Translations under genes and position numbers: made by a program | The notes under the pieces: generated by a model | Database searches by the model: none | What the model was told of the DNA's origin: nothing | The model's input: only the letters and a program-made list of their open reading frames with translations | IMG/VR virus record: IMGVR_UViG_3300003316_000244 | Location: 11,191-75,190 of that record | Length of the DNA stretch: 64,000 nucleotides | Direction: 5' to 3' (one strand) | Source: a virus | Lineage: Duplodnaviria > Caudoviricetes | Part shown: positions 9,416-18,898 of the stretch, in pieces | Position numbering within the stretch: position 1 is the first letter of the stretch | Layout of the letters: each line of letters starts with the position of its first letter

Positions 9416-11224
9416 TCAATATTTTTTATTCCATACAAATCTCATATTACCAGAATCATATACAATATGATATCCAAGTTCTAACATAATTTCAAATTCA
9501 TGTTTATTTTCATCATATCCGAGTTTAGTTAATACATCACGTCTAAATGAAAAACGATGATACTTTTTATATGTATTATTTTTTACATACCAATAACCGG
9601 GTTCAGTATCATTCATATAAACAAAATCCGTTGATTTATAACTTTCACCATCAAAATATCTTTTATCTACAAGAGATATTATTTGTTTTGGATCAATTTC
9701 ATTAATAAAATGTTTTACTAGTTTACTAAAACCACCATGAACTTTATAATTAAGTTTTTTACAAAACCTAAGTAATTCAAAATGTCCATCAATGTTTATA
9801 TCTTTTTCACCATTTGATTTTCTTTTTTTCCCAAAACCAATAACAGCAACTAATTCACTATTATGCATTAATCCATATTTATGTTTGGTTGCTACACGTC
9901 CTTGGATGTGATTTTCATTTAAAAATTGTGTATATGTTTTACTATCAAGTTCTTTAATTATACATTTTCTTGCATAAACTTTATGGTCATAAATATTAAA
10001 TTTAGATTTGATTATTGATTTAACTATTTCTTTTTTATTAGTCCATTCATCTTCAAATATTTGATATAATTTGATTCCTAATGTTTTGGTTTCATTTAAT
10101 TTATTAATATGATAATCTTTTTCCTTAAAAAGGATAGAATGCCAATATGTACCATCACATTCAAATCCCAAATTAAGTTCTGGTAAAAATATATCTATTG
10201 ATTTTTTATTATCTTTATTATAAATGTATGATCTAATAATTTTTTTAGTTGGTAATAATGATTTAATATAATCACCTATTTCTTGTTCTTTTATTGATTT
10301 AGCAGTTTCAGGAGGAAAACATTTGGTACAAAACATATTTAATTTATAAATATAATATCTTGTATATAATAAATATCTATTAATTTTAAATTCATCATGT
10401 AATGGACAATGATTTTTAACAATAACTTCTTTTGTTTTTTTCTGTAAATCTATTTCTAATGTTGGATACCTCGATTTGAAATTATTTGATATTGTTTCAT
10501 ATCTTTTTTCACTAAGTTTCTCATTATGTAATGGATAAATAACACCATATTTTTCTAAATTAGTTTTATCCCTTTTCTTTCTAACATTTTCATCTGACAT
10601 TGGTCCGCGTGAACCATATTTTTCTAAATTAGTTTTATATATTTTATTTTTAATTTCTTCATTATTAAATGGATTTTCAACCCCATATTTTTCAAGATTT
10701 GTTTTCTTTGTTTTTTCATTAATTTCTTCATTTCGAAGAGTACATTCAACCCCATATCTTTCCAAGTTAGTTTTTTTCAATTTCTCCTTAAGTTCTGGAG
10801 AATGCATCATATTTTCAACACCATAATTTTTGAGTAATGTTTCTTTTTTCTTTTCTTTTACTGAATCTAATTGATTATGACTTTCAACACCATATTTTTC
10901 AAGAAATCCTTTTTTTGTATTTTGTTTTTTTTGATTGGACTGATTGGTGCATTTAATAGAGCAAAATTGATTATAACCTTCACTGATTTTTTCTCTGAAA
11001 TTAACTTCATTAATACCACAATGTTTGCATTTTGCAATTTCAGTTAATTCATAAATATAATTATAAACCTTCTGATTAAAAGGTATTTCTAACATTTTCA
11101 AGTTTAAAGGGAAATTAATTATCTTATCATACAATTCAGGTTTGTTTTTAGATAACCAACTTACTTTGGTTTTATGACCAGATTTGTTGTCTGTAGTAAA
11201 AAAATCGAAGATTTCTTGTTTCAT
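9416..11224 (-). mobile_element. Free-standing homing-endonuclease-like gene: Cys-rich N-terminus, 23-aa repeats, PD-(D/E)xK/Vsr-like nuclease, C-terminal GNAT/Mom-like domain
   Basis: CKHC..FCSIKC; six (E/K)(K/N/R)YG(V/S) repeats; IDIFLPELNLGFECDGTYWHS; YARKC..FLNENHIQG..ELLRFC..GGFSKL; antisense inside the tail module. Confidence 0.7.
10540..10905 (-). repeat. Six imperfect 69-bp (23-aa) tandem repeats KTNLEKYGVE within the endonuclease gene
   Basis: EKYGVESHN, KNYGVENMM, ERYGVECTL, EKYGVENPF, EKYGSRGPM, EKYGVIYPL at 23-aa spacing. Confidence 0.85.
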
Positions 11225-11245
11225 TTATTCTTTCTATGCTTAAAA

Positions 11246-11254
11246 AGTATTTAT
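11246..11254 (+). promoter_or_regulatory. Putative late-promoter motif AGTATTTAT upstream of tail sheath
   Basis: Recurring motif, 44 nt before the ATG. Confidence 0.55.
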
Positions 11255-11257
11255 CAA

Positions 11258-11289
11258 CAAAGATAATTTAAATTTTATTTTAAAACAAA
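11258..11289 (-). promoter_or_regulatory. Bacteroidota housekeeping-sigma promoter TTTG-N20-TATCTTTG driving the endonuclease gene
   Basis: Exact match to the -33 TTTG / -7 TAnnTTTG consensus. Confidence 0.7.
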
Positions 11290-11298
11290 CAAATAAAT

Positions 11299-14001
11299 AT
11301 GGCTAATGGTTTTGTTTTTGTTTCACCCGGCATAAAATATCGCGAAAGAGACTTAACATTTGTACAAAGAAATATTGGTGTAACTACATTAGGTGTTGTT
11401 GGTGAATTTCCAAAAGGACCAGCATTTGAACCTATTTTCATTCAGGATAAAGGTCAGTTAAGAACCAGATTTGGTGATAAAAATGATGAAAAATTTGGTG
11501 GTCAACCAAAATATCAAGCTAATTATGTAGCTAGTGGTTATTTGGATGAATCCAGTCAACTTTATGTTACTAGAGTTTTAGGTCTTTCAGGTTATGATGC
11601 AGGTAAAGGATGGGCATTGACACTTAGTGCTGGTGTTGATTCAACTACAACTGGAAGTACTGGTGTATCTGGTTTTACTTCCGGAGTAACATTTACAAAT
11701 AATTTTTATAAAGGTGATAGCATATTAACTAACGGTCAAACTGGTACTATATTTACTGGTTTTACTAAAGTTAGTTCAACTACTTTCGAAGGTATTATTG
11801 AAGACTATGTTGTTACTTCCTTATCTGGAGGAAGTGGTACGCTTAATTCTACAACACATGTTGTAAGTGGTTCTTCAATTTCACAATATGAAGGAATGGT
11901 TCTTGCTATTATTCGTTCAAGAGCAACAGTTGAAGACATTGAAGATGGTAATCCTGTTGTTGTATTTGATGCCACATCATTAGCAATTACTGCTAATTCA
12001 ACTGATGATGGTACTGGTGATTTATTTAATGATTTCACATTAACAGCAAGCAGTACTGCAGGTACTGAATCTTATGTTGTTTCATTAAACATGAATTCAC
12101 GTGATTTTATTACTAACGTTATTGGTGATAAACCAAAAGGAAAAAATACTAAAATTTATGTTGAAGCAGTGTATTCTGATTTAATTAAAAAATTAGATGC
12201 TGAAGGTTTTGCTTATGGTGTAAATACATCAGTTGTTACTTTAAATAATTCTGTTTTTACTGATTATAAAGAAGAATTCCAAACACCTGAAACACCATTT
12301 GTTGTTTCAGAGTTACGTGGTAATTCAGTATCAAGATTATTTAGATTTGTTTCAATTTCTGATGGTAATGCAGCAAACGAAGAAATCAAAATTTCAATAC
12401 TTAATGTTAATCCACAGACAAAAGAATTTGATATTATTATCCGTGATTTTAATGATACTGATGAAAATATTGTTGCACTTGAATCATTCAGAAGATGTTC
12501 AATGAGAAAATCTTTAAATAACTATGTTGGTAAAAAGATTGGTACAATTGATGGCAATTATGCGGCACAAAGTTCATTTGTTAAATTAGAAATTGATCCA
12601 AATGCACCAGAAGATGCATTTGCTGCAGGTTTTGAAGGATATTTATTTAGAGATTTTGGTACTGGTACTACTGGTTTATCAACTGTTAAATCACCACAGT
12701 TATTTTATAAACAAGAATATTTAGATACCGATAGAGTAAATAGAGTATATTTAGGTATTACTGAAAAAGCATATGATACTGCAACATCAAGAGGTACTGG
12801 TTTTAATAAACAGTATTTCAAATATTATGGTGCAGTTAAAAGTGGTTTTATAAAAACTAAAGGATTTCATTTAGATTCAGGTGCTACTGGAACATACTTT
12901 GATGGTGAAACTGAAATTGGTCAATTTGAGGTTGGTGAAGGAAGAATTAGAACTGCTGCAGATGTTGCAAAAACATCTAATCCATATAATGATATTTTAA
13001 CTAGAAAATTCACACTTGTTCCTTATGGTGGTTTTGATGGTTGGGATGAGCATAGAATTAGTAGAACTAATACTGATATATATGCTATTGGTCAAGCTTT
13101 TGATGGTGTACCTGATGGTTCAACATCAGCAACTAATGATTATCAAGCATGGCAAGCTGCAATTAATACATTTTCAAATCCTGAATCTGTAACTATAAAT
13201 GTATTTACTACTCCGGGTATAAATTGGAGTGATAATCTTGGACTTGTTAGACAATCTATTGATATGGTTGAACAAGAAAGAGGTGATAGTTTATATGTTA
13301 TTGATGCTCCAAGACTTGAAGGTGCTGATGTAAAAGATGTTGTTGATCTTTTAGATGTAGCAGGTATTGATAGTAACTACTCTGCAACATTCTATCCTTG
13401 GGTTCAAATTCAAGATGATGTTAATGGTGTTAATATATTTGTACCACCAACTGTTGAAGTTGTTAAAAGTATTGCATTCACTGATAAAATTAAATTTCCT
13501 TGGTTTGCACCTGCTGGTTTACAAAGAGGTACTACTGATGCAAAACTTGCAGATATTACATTATCTAATGCTCAAAGAGATACATTATATTCTGGTAGAA
13601 TTAATCCAATGGCAACATTCCAAAATGTTGGTGTTGCAATATGGGGTCAAAAAACATTACAAGTTAATGAATCTGCTCTTAATAGAATTAATGTTAGAAG
13701 ATTATTATTACAATTAAGAGTACTTATCTCTAATGTAGCAAACAGATTATTATTTGAACAAAACGATCAAACTACAATTGATGAATTCCTAAGTAAAGTT
13801 AATCCAATATTGGATAATGTTAAGAGAGAAAGAGGTATACAACAATTCAGAATAAAAATGGATAATAGTATTAACACACCTGAATCAATTGATAGGAATG
13901 AATTATATGGTGAAATATCGATTATACCAACACATTCAGTCGAATTTATAGGGTTAACCTTTACTTTAACACCTACTGGTGCTTCTTTTGATAATATTTA
14001 A
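11299..14001 (+). CDS. Tail sheath protein (T4 gp18-like, with insertions)
   Basis: FVSPGIKYRERDL, WFAPAGLQRG, INPMA..AIWGQKTLQ, LNRINVRRLL; 900 aa. Confidence 0.93.
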   Translation: MANGFVFVSPGIKYRERDLTFVQRNIGVTTLGVVGEFPKGPAFEPIFIQDKGQLRTRFGDKNDEKFGGQPKYQANYVASGYLDESSQLYVTRVLGLSGYDAGKGWALTLSAGVDSTTTGSTGVSGFTSGVTFTNNFYKGDSILTNGQTGTIFTGFTKVSSTTFEGIIEDYVVTSLSGGSGTLNSTTHVVSGSSISQYEGMVLAIIRSRATVEDIEDGNPVVVFDATSLAITANSTDDGTGDLFNDFTLTASSTAGTESYVVSLNMNSRDFITNVIGDKPKGKNTKIYVEAVYSDLIKKLDAEGFAYGVNTSVVTLNNSVFTDYKEEFQTPETPFVVSELRGNSVSRLFRFVSISDGNAANEEIKISILNVNPQTKEFDIIIRDFNDTDENIVALESFRRCSMRKSLNNYVGKKIGTIDGNYAAQSSFVKLEIDPNAPEDAFAAGFEGYLFRDFGTGTTGLSTVKSPQLFYKQEYLDTDRVNRVYLGITEKAYDTATSRGTGFNKQYFKYYGAVKSGFIKTKGFHLDSGATGTYFDGETEIGQFEVGEGRIRTAADVAKTSNPYNDILTRKFTLVPYGGFDGWDEHRISRTNTDIYAIGQAFDGVPDGSTSATNDYQAWQAAINTFSNPESVTINVFTTPGINWSDNLGLVRQSIDMVEQERGDSLYVIDAPRLEGADVKDVVDLLDVAGIDSNYSATFYPWVQIQDDVNGVNIFVPPTVEVVKSIAFTDKIKFPWFAPAGLQRGTTDAKLADITLSNAQRDTLYSGRINPMATFQNVGVAIWGQKTLQVNESALNRINVRRLLLQLRVLISNVANRLLFEQNDQTTIDEFLSKVNPILDNVKRERGIQQFRIKMDNSINTPESIDRNELYGEISIIPTHSVEFIGLTFTLTPTGASFDNI

Positions 14002-14014
14002 TTTATTTTTCATT

Positions 14015-14045
14015 AAAAAGGTTGTAGAAATACAACCTTTTTTTT
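14015..14045. terminator. Bidirectional intrinsic terminator with GAAA loop
   Basis: AAAAAGGTTGTA-GAAA-TACAACCTTTTT. Confidence 0.9.
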
Positions 14046-14262
14046 ATTCCCAAAACCAAAATCCACTCATAACATCTTTCCAAAAAGTTTCCTTTCTATT
14101 TAAAGGATAAATGTAAATAAAACTGTTAAAATTTTTATTTATAAGTAAATTTTTATCAGATTTAATATCTAAATTTTTAAATAAATTATTTAAACTTTGT
14201 TCGTTATTACTTTTTAATGTAATTATAATTTTTTCATTGATTTCAAAATTTAAACTTTTCAT
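14044..14262 (-). CDS. Small hypothetical protein (family A, paralog of 14747..14956)
   Basis: MKSLNFEINEKIIIT vs MKLKIEINTQKIWIT; aromatic C-terminus; overlaps neighbour. Confidence 0.5.
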   Translation of the reverse strand: MKSLNFEINEKIIITLKSNNEQSLNNLFKNLDIKSDKNLLINKNFNSFIYIYPLNRKETFWKDVMSGFWFWE

Positions 14263-14498
14263 ATAAATTGTATATTATTAATATAGTTATTAAAAGTATA
14301 ATAAAAATTTTCATTATCATAAATTGATAAAACTCCAAAATATTTTGGAGTTTTATCTTTAATATTTACCACAAGAGGTACACTATTATAACGTGCTTTA
14401 TTGAACTTATTCAAAATTAAAATACCATCAAAAGATTTTATATGAATTTTAAGCTCATTCATACTATCAGTTTTATATATTTTTATAGTTAAAATCAT
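14259..14498 (-). CDS. Small hypothetical protein (family B, paralog of 14502..14762)
   Basis: MILTIKIYKTD..NELKIHIKSF vs MLMIIKIFKND..NRLIISVKHY. Confidence 0.5.
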   Translation of the reverse strand: MILTIKIYKTDSMNELKIHIKSFDGILILNKFNKARYNSVPLVVNIKDKTPKYFGVLSIYDNENFYYTFNNYINNIQFI

Positions 14499-14501
14499 AT
14501 T

Positions 14502-14762
14502 CTATAATCCAATAATGGAATGCTTAAGAAGAGGAGAATCAATATAACTTAATGAAATTGAAACAAAGAAACTAGAATCTTTATAATTAGAATTTGATAA
14601 ATTTTTTATATTAGTAGTTAATAGATTATATTTATATTTTATCTTTGGAGCACTATAATGTTTAACGCTAATAATAAGTCTATTTGATAAATTTTTATCG
14701 TTTTTAAAAATTTTTATAATCATTAGCATATTATATTTAATCCAAATTAATATGTATACCAA
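14502..14762 (-). CDS. Small hypothetical protein (family B); true start probably at MLMIIKIF
   Basis: N-terminal similarity to 14259..14498. Confidence 0.45.
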   Translation of the reverse strand: MVYILIWIKYNMLMIIKIFKNDKNLSNRLIISVKHYSAPKIKYKYNLLTTNIKNLSNSNYKDSSFFVSISLSYIDSPLLKHSIIGL

Positions 14763-14956
14763 AAATAATCAATAGCAAGATTAAATCCATCTATTTTTGT
14801 AATGAAAATATTTGTTATATCATTCTGATTTCTTTTATTTTTAAGTTTTTTAAATAAAGTATTTATTCCATAATTTTTATTTTTTAATAAAATATTTAAT
14901 TGTGTTGGATTTGTAATCCATATTTTTTGAGTATTTATTTCAATTTTTAATTTCAT
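14747..14956 (-). CDS. Small hypothetical protein (family A)
   Basis: Similarity to 14044..14262; ATGA-type coupling. Confidence 0.5.
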   Translation of the reverse strand: MKLKIEINTQKIWITNPTQLNILLKNKNYGINTLFKKLKNKRNQNDITNIFITKIDGFNLAIDYFWYTY

Positions 14957-15357
14957 ATATAAAATTTATTTTCATTGATCATAATACAAGTCTCATTTAA
15001 TTCATAAATTTTATTATATTTTCTTTTATTATAAAATGATTCTAATTTAGAATCACAACTTAAAATAATTGGAGTATTAATATAATTTATTACACCATTT
15101 AATAAAATGGTAGCATAACCTTTACATTGATGATCTGGATGAGTATTTAATCCAAAAATTTCATAAAATTTGAGATTCATTGGTGATATACAAAATCCAA
15201 GAAAAGAAATTAAATCTTCATTATTAAATAAACCTAAATATTTGTTAATTAATAAATTTCCGAAAACCAAATTATCATTATTGTAATTTAAATTTACAAT
15301 CTTGTTACATTTTTTTAAATCAATTTCTGACTCAATAAATTTCATTTTCATAAACAT
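14953..15357 (-). CDS. GNAT-family acetyltransferase
   Basis: Acetyl-CoA motif A LNTHPDHQCKGYATILL; LESFYNKRKY motif B-like. Confidence 0.7.
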   Translation of the reverse strand: MFMKMKFIESEIDLKKCNKIVNLNYNNDNLVFGNLLINKYLGLFNNEDLISFLGFCISPMNLKFYEIFGLNTHPDHQCKGYATILLNGVINYINTPIILSCDSKLESFYNKRKYNKIYELNETCIMINENKFYI

Positions 15358-15580
15358 AAATATTTAAATGATTATCAATATTATAAATTGATGATTTTAT
15401 ACTCTGTAAATTTATTCTCATTATATTACTAAGAACAAAAATTTCAATATAATAATCTTCAAAAAAAAATGTAATATTATCTTGAGATGATGACAATAAC
15501 TTATTTTTTAATATAAATTTTTTTATAAAATTAGTTTTTGAAGCTAGAGGTAGGTAAATTTTAATGTTAGTTGTGTTCAT
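15332..15580 (-). CDS. Small hypothetical protein
   Basis: 82-aa ORF coupled to neighbours in the array. Confidence 0.45.
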   Translation of the reverse strand: MNTTNIKIYLPLASKTNFIKKFILKNKLLSSSQDNITFFFEDYYIEIFVLSNIMRINLQSIKSSIYNIDNHLNIYVYENEIY

Positions 15581-15786
15581 TTTTTATTTAAATTAATTGT
15601 AATAAAATCAATACTATTATAACTAAAATAAACAGTTATCTTTTTATAATTTTCATTTTTATATACATTAAAATTAGTAAATTTATAATAATATTTATTT
15701 TTTTTTAATAAATCATTTTTTAAACAAAATTTATGAATAATTTTATTTATTGTTGATGGACTGTTACCATTAATAATAATTTTCAT
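15577..15786 (-). CDS. Small hypothetical protein (family C)
   Basis: C-terminal TVYFSYNSIDFITINLNKK shared with the two upstream micro-ORFs. Confidence 0.5.
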   Translation of the reverse strand: MKIIINGNSPSTINKIIHKFCLKNDLLKKNKYYYKFTNFNVYKNENYKKITVYFSYNSIDFITINLNKK

Positions 15787-15877
15787 TTTTATTTAAACAA
15801 ATAGTGATGAAATTAATTGTATTACAACTAAAATAAACAGTTGAACCCTTATTACCATTATTAATATTAATAATCAT
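15770..15877 (-). pseudogene. 35-aa internally deleted paralog of 15577..15786 (not in ORF track)
   Basis: MIININNGNKGSTVYFSCNTINFITICLNKNENYY: both ends match family C, middle missing. Confidence 0.55.
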
Positions 15878-15878
15878 T

Positions 15879-16040
15879 TTATTTTTTAATTAGGATAATT
15901 GATATATAATTTACTTTTCTTAAAAAGAAATATATATCAATATAATCATATTTTTCATTATGATTTATAAACATATCTTCATTTAAAGAAGAATTATATT
16001 TCCTTTTTGATAATGAATATTTATTGATACTAATAATCAT
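15879..16040 (-). CDS. 53-aa family C paralog (not in ORF track)
   Basis: MIISINKY…IDIYFFLRKVNYISIILIKK, same terminal pattern. Confidence 0.45.
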   Translation of the reverse strand: MIISINKYSLSKRKYNSSLNEDMFINHNEKYDYIDIYFFLRKVNYISIILIKK

Positions 16041-16170
16041 TTAAATTCCTTTTTTGAAGGAAGATCGAGAATAAATTTTTCTTTTAAAGAATCATAATTA
16101 TTTAAATAAATAACCATTTTTAGGAAAATTTTTATTAATAAGTTAATATAGAATCAGATAAATGGTCCAA

Positions 16171-16452
16171 TCATTTAACTTTATTAAATCTTCTTTCTCT
16201 TAATTCATGAACAGAATAACAATTACTTTGAATAAATTCAATAAATGTATTATAATCGTTTTTTTCTAAAATTAAACAAAATTTATTTTCAGAAGAAGCT
16301 ATCGCATAATCTAATTCATTAATAGATGTCAATTTATATTTTAAATCTATTAAAATATTAATGATATCCATCCATTGATTATCAGATAAGTAAGCTTTTA
16401 TATAAATATCACGATTATCTGATAACCTTAAAGCTTTAACACAATTTATCAT
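16171..16452 (-). CDS. Hypothetical protein (93 aa)
   Basis: ORF track; coupled within the minus-strand array. Confidence 0.5.
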   Translation of the reverse strand: MINCVKALRLSDNRDIYIKAYLSDNQWMDIINILIDLKYKLTSINELDYAIASSENKFCLILEKNDYNTFIEFIQSNCYSVHELRERRFNKVK

Positions 16453-16460
16453 AATTTACA

Positions 16461-16772
16461 TTAATTAATAGTTTTCATTAATCTAATATTTTTCATATAT
16501 AAATTTTTTTCTATAATTGATTCAATTTCAGTATGATTATTTTTTTCATATAAATTATCAAAAAATTTAGATAATTGAAAATTATGATAATGTTTATTAT
16601 ATGAAAATCTATGACTTATACCAACTGCTCCTTCCATATAATAGGAATTATCAAATAATGATTGAAATGGTTTCTTGGTATGAATTGATAAATATAAATA
16701 ATTACCAATTTTAATTTTATAATTAAAATTGTTACATTTTAAGAGTTCTTCAGATAACTTATTGATGTTCAT
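16461..16772 (-). CDS. Dispersed ~110-aa paralog family, member 1
   Basis: ELLKCNNFNY..L.I.TKK..SLFDNSYYMEG..F.Y shared with 21984..22316 and 36180..36545. Confidence 0.6.
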   Translation of the reverse strand: MNINKLSEELLKCNNFNYKIKIGNYLYLSIHTKKPFQSLFDNSYYMEGAVGISHRFSYNKHYHNFQLSKFFDNLYEKNNHTEIESIIEKNLYMKNIRLMKTIN

Positions 16773-16779
16773 TTTTTAT

Positions 16780-17136
16780 TTATAAATCGTAAATTTCATT
16801 CAGTATGCTTTTAATAAAAATTTCATCATAATTAATAGTAGGATTTACTTTTATTACTTTTTTCCAAAAATGCTCATATGATAACCACCATTCCTTATTT
16901 TTTTTCTTAAAATAAAAACGATAATCATTATAAAAACGACAATCATTTAATCCACCTTTAAAAGATACACAATTTTTAACTAAAAATAAATTAATTTTAT
17001 TTCCCTTAATAGTTAAATTTAATTTTTCATATATAAATAAAAATTCAAATCTATTATATGATTCAAAATTTTCAAGAATTATTTGTTTAATAAATCCTTT
17101 ATTATTTTCATATGAACTTAATTGATCTAACATCAA
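16780..17136 (-). CDS. Dispersed ~110-aa paralog family, member 2 (more divergent)
   Basis: KLNLTIKGNKINLFLVKNCVSFKG…WLSYEHFWKK…YDEI. Confidence 0.5.
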   Translation of the reverse strand: MMLDQLSSYENNKGFIKQIILENFESYNRFEFLFIYEKLNLTIKGNKINLFLVKNCVSFKGGLNDCRFYNDYRFYFKKKNKEWWLSYEHFWKKVIKVNPTINYDEIFIKSILNEIYDL

Positions 17137-17193
17137 TAATCTAAATTTAGAAATTTTATTCTGATATGTAAAATTATCAAATTTTAATGACTC

Positions 17194-17395
17194 TTAAAAA
17201 AAATATTATCAATCTTTTTAAAGAAATAAAAAAATTGATAATATTTTAGATTTTTTTTAAAAATTTAATTATTTTTTAATAATTAATTTCTTTTTTTTCT
17301 TTTTAAGACAGTTACACATAATAAATCTTTAAACATAAATAGTTTAAAGATTAAATATAAAAATGGCACTTTAAAAAAAATGCCATTTTATTTTT
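17194..17395. repeat. Cluster of four consecutive inverted repeats in an AT-rich intergenic gap
   Basis: 17200-13/17234-47 (14 bp), 17265-73/17278-86 (9 bp), 17324-34/17342-52 (11 bp, loop ATAAATA), 17360-68/17381-89 (9 bp, terminator-like). Confidence 0.8.
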
Positions 17396-17400
17396 GTAAA

Positions 17401-17619
17401 TTAACGAACTTTTTTGTATGAAACTTCACCATTTTTTCCAAATGATGTTTCTACATTAAATTCATTCTGGCGAATATCTGAAACTGTTGCTCTAAGATTT
17501 TTTACACCATAAAGTGTACTAGCTTGTGCTTTAGTTAAAGATTTACCCTTTTTAAGGTGAGTGATGACCATAGCTTTTTTTGTTTTAGCTTTTGGTGCTG
17601 TTTTACTACTAGTTTTCAT
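17401..17619 (-). CDS. Small winged helix-turn-helix DNA-binding protein
   Basis: HLKKGKSLTKAQASTLYGVKNLRATVSDIR, typical phage wHTH pattern; basic N-terminal tail. Confidence 0.7.
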   Translation of the reverse strand: MKTSSKTAPKAKTKKAMVITHLKKGKSLTKAQASTLYGVKNLRATVSDIRQNEFNVETSFGKNGEVSYKKVR

Positions 17620-17649
17620 TTTAAATTAAAGTTTAAATATAATTGTTAT

Positions 17650-17856
17650 TTATCTTAAATTATTACCGAAAGAAATACATCGATAATATATTATATTATT
17701 ATATGTACAAACATCTTCAAATATTCCAATCAAACCTTTCTCCTTGATGTAATCAAGGGTGAATAAAAATGATCTCTTTTTTAAATGTTGAAATCTTTCT
17801 TCTGTTACATCTTCTTCTAAGAAGAGATTATACTGAATTCCGACTGTGTTTTTCAT
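17650..17856 (-). CDS. Hypothetical protein (68 aa)
   Basis: ORF track, co-oriented. Confidence 0.45.
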   Translation of the reverse strand: MKNTVGIQYNLFLEEDVTEERFQHLKKRSFLFTLDYIKEKGLIGIFEDVCTYNNIIYYRCISFGNNLR

Positions 17857-17887
17857 ATATTATTATGGGCTTAAATTTATTTTTTAA

Positions 17888-18256
17888 TTAAATTGAGGAT
17901 GGTTGTAATTTCAAATTATAATTATTTTTTAATATTTGTTTTGTATAATTTTTAAGATTAAAATCAAACGGATATGGAAAATGCATATTATTTTGATAAA
18001 ATGGAATATTTTTTATTTTTGATAAAATCTTTTCATCTGAAAAGAAAAAATTATCATATCTTTGATTATAATCAAATATCGATTCAGAATCAATATAACC
18101 TCCAAACCAAATACAATTATTAACCAATATTTGGTATAGATTTTTTGTATTAATTATTAAAATTAAATTACTAAATTGAATTTCATATTTAAAATTATTA
18201 GATTTTATAATTTCAGAATTTAATATTTCTATAAATTTATTTGCTCTGTTATTCAT
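17888..18256 (-). CDS. Dispersed ~110-aa paralog family, member 3
   Basis: EIIKSNNFKYEIQFSNLILIINTKNLYQILVNNCIWFGGYIDSESIFDYNQRY. Confidence 0.6.
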   Translation of the reverse strand: MNNRANKFIEILNSEIIKSNNFKYEIQFSNLILIINTKNLYQILVNNCIWFGGYIDSESIFDYNQRYDNFFFSDEKILSKIKNIPFYQNNMHFPYPFDFNLKNYTKQILKNNYNLKLQPSSI

Positions 18257-18264
18257 ATAATGAA

Positions 18265-18876
18265 TTATGATTCAATAGCCTCTTCTTCATTTTCTCTTTC
18301 AATTATTTCATCAATAATTTCAAGTTTTAATGCTTGTTGTGGATCAATGTACCAATCTTCTTTCTGACTATAAATTTTTTTAAGTTTATTTTTTGAAATT
18401 TTAGTTTTACTAACAACAATTTCTTCCATTATTTCCATCAACCTTGTATTTTCTTCAACATCCATTTCTTGCTTTCTAGCTTCTCCACCAGAAGAATCAC
18501 TACTGATTTGATGATACATTAATGTTGAATGTTTATAACAAAATCTTCTATGACCAGAAATAAGAATAATAAAACCAGAACTCATGGCAGAACCAGTATA
18601 ATATGTCCATATTGGGGTATTAGAGGCTTCGATGACACCAACTAAACCAAGAGCAGAATAAATATCACCACCGTAACTATCTAAATAAAGTTTAATTGGT
18701 TTTGGCTTATATTCAAATCCATAAACTTTTGCTAACTGTACAAGCAATGCATCAGATTCATTTATTTCAAGAATTTTTTTCTTAACATAATAACCTAAAC
18801 TTTCTTGTTCAACATCTCCAGCAAAAAATATTAATCTCTTTTTAGGATGGGGAAGATATATTCCATTTTCACTCAT
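18265..18876 (-). CDS. clpP: ClpP-like serine protease subunit
   Basis: IKLYLDSYGGDIYSAL, GSAMSSG (Ser), MYHQ (His), EDWYIDPQQAL (Asp). Confidence 0.88.
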   Translation of the reverse strand: MSENGIYLPHPKKRLIFFAGDVEQESLGYYVKKKILEINESDALLVQLAKVYGFEYKPKPIKLYLDSYGGDIYSALGLVGVIEASNTPIWTYYTGSAMSSGFIILISGHRRFCYKHSTLMYHQISSDSSGGEARKQEMDVEENTRLMEIMEEIVVSKTKISKNKLKKIYSQKEDWYIDPQQALKLEIIDEIIERENEEEAIES

Positions 18877-18898
18877 TACAATTATTAACTACTGATAA

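Noticed and set aside
10540-10905. CRISPR-like or TIGR-like array
   Set aside because: The repeats are in-frame, degenerate 23-aa protein repeats without unique spacers; no array seen elsewhere in the window
16037-16174. Stop-codon recoding (in-frame TGA in a frame coupled at both ends; TAG ends at 29309 and 44054)
   Set aside because: All long conserved genes (sheath, tape measure, RNR, helicase) are intact under the standard code; a decayed micro-ORF is simpler
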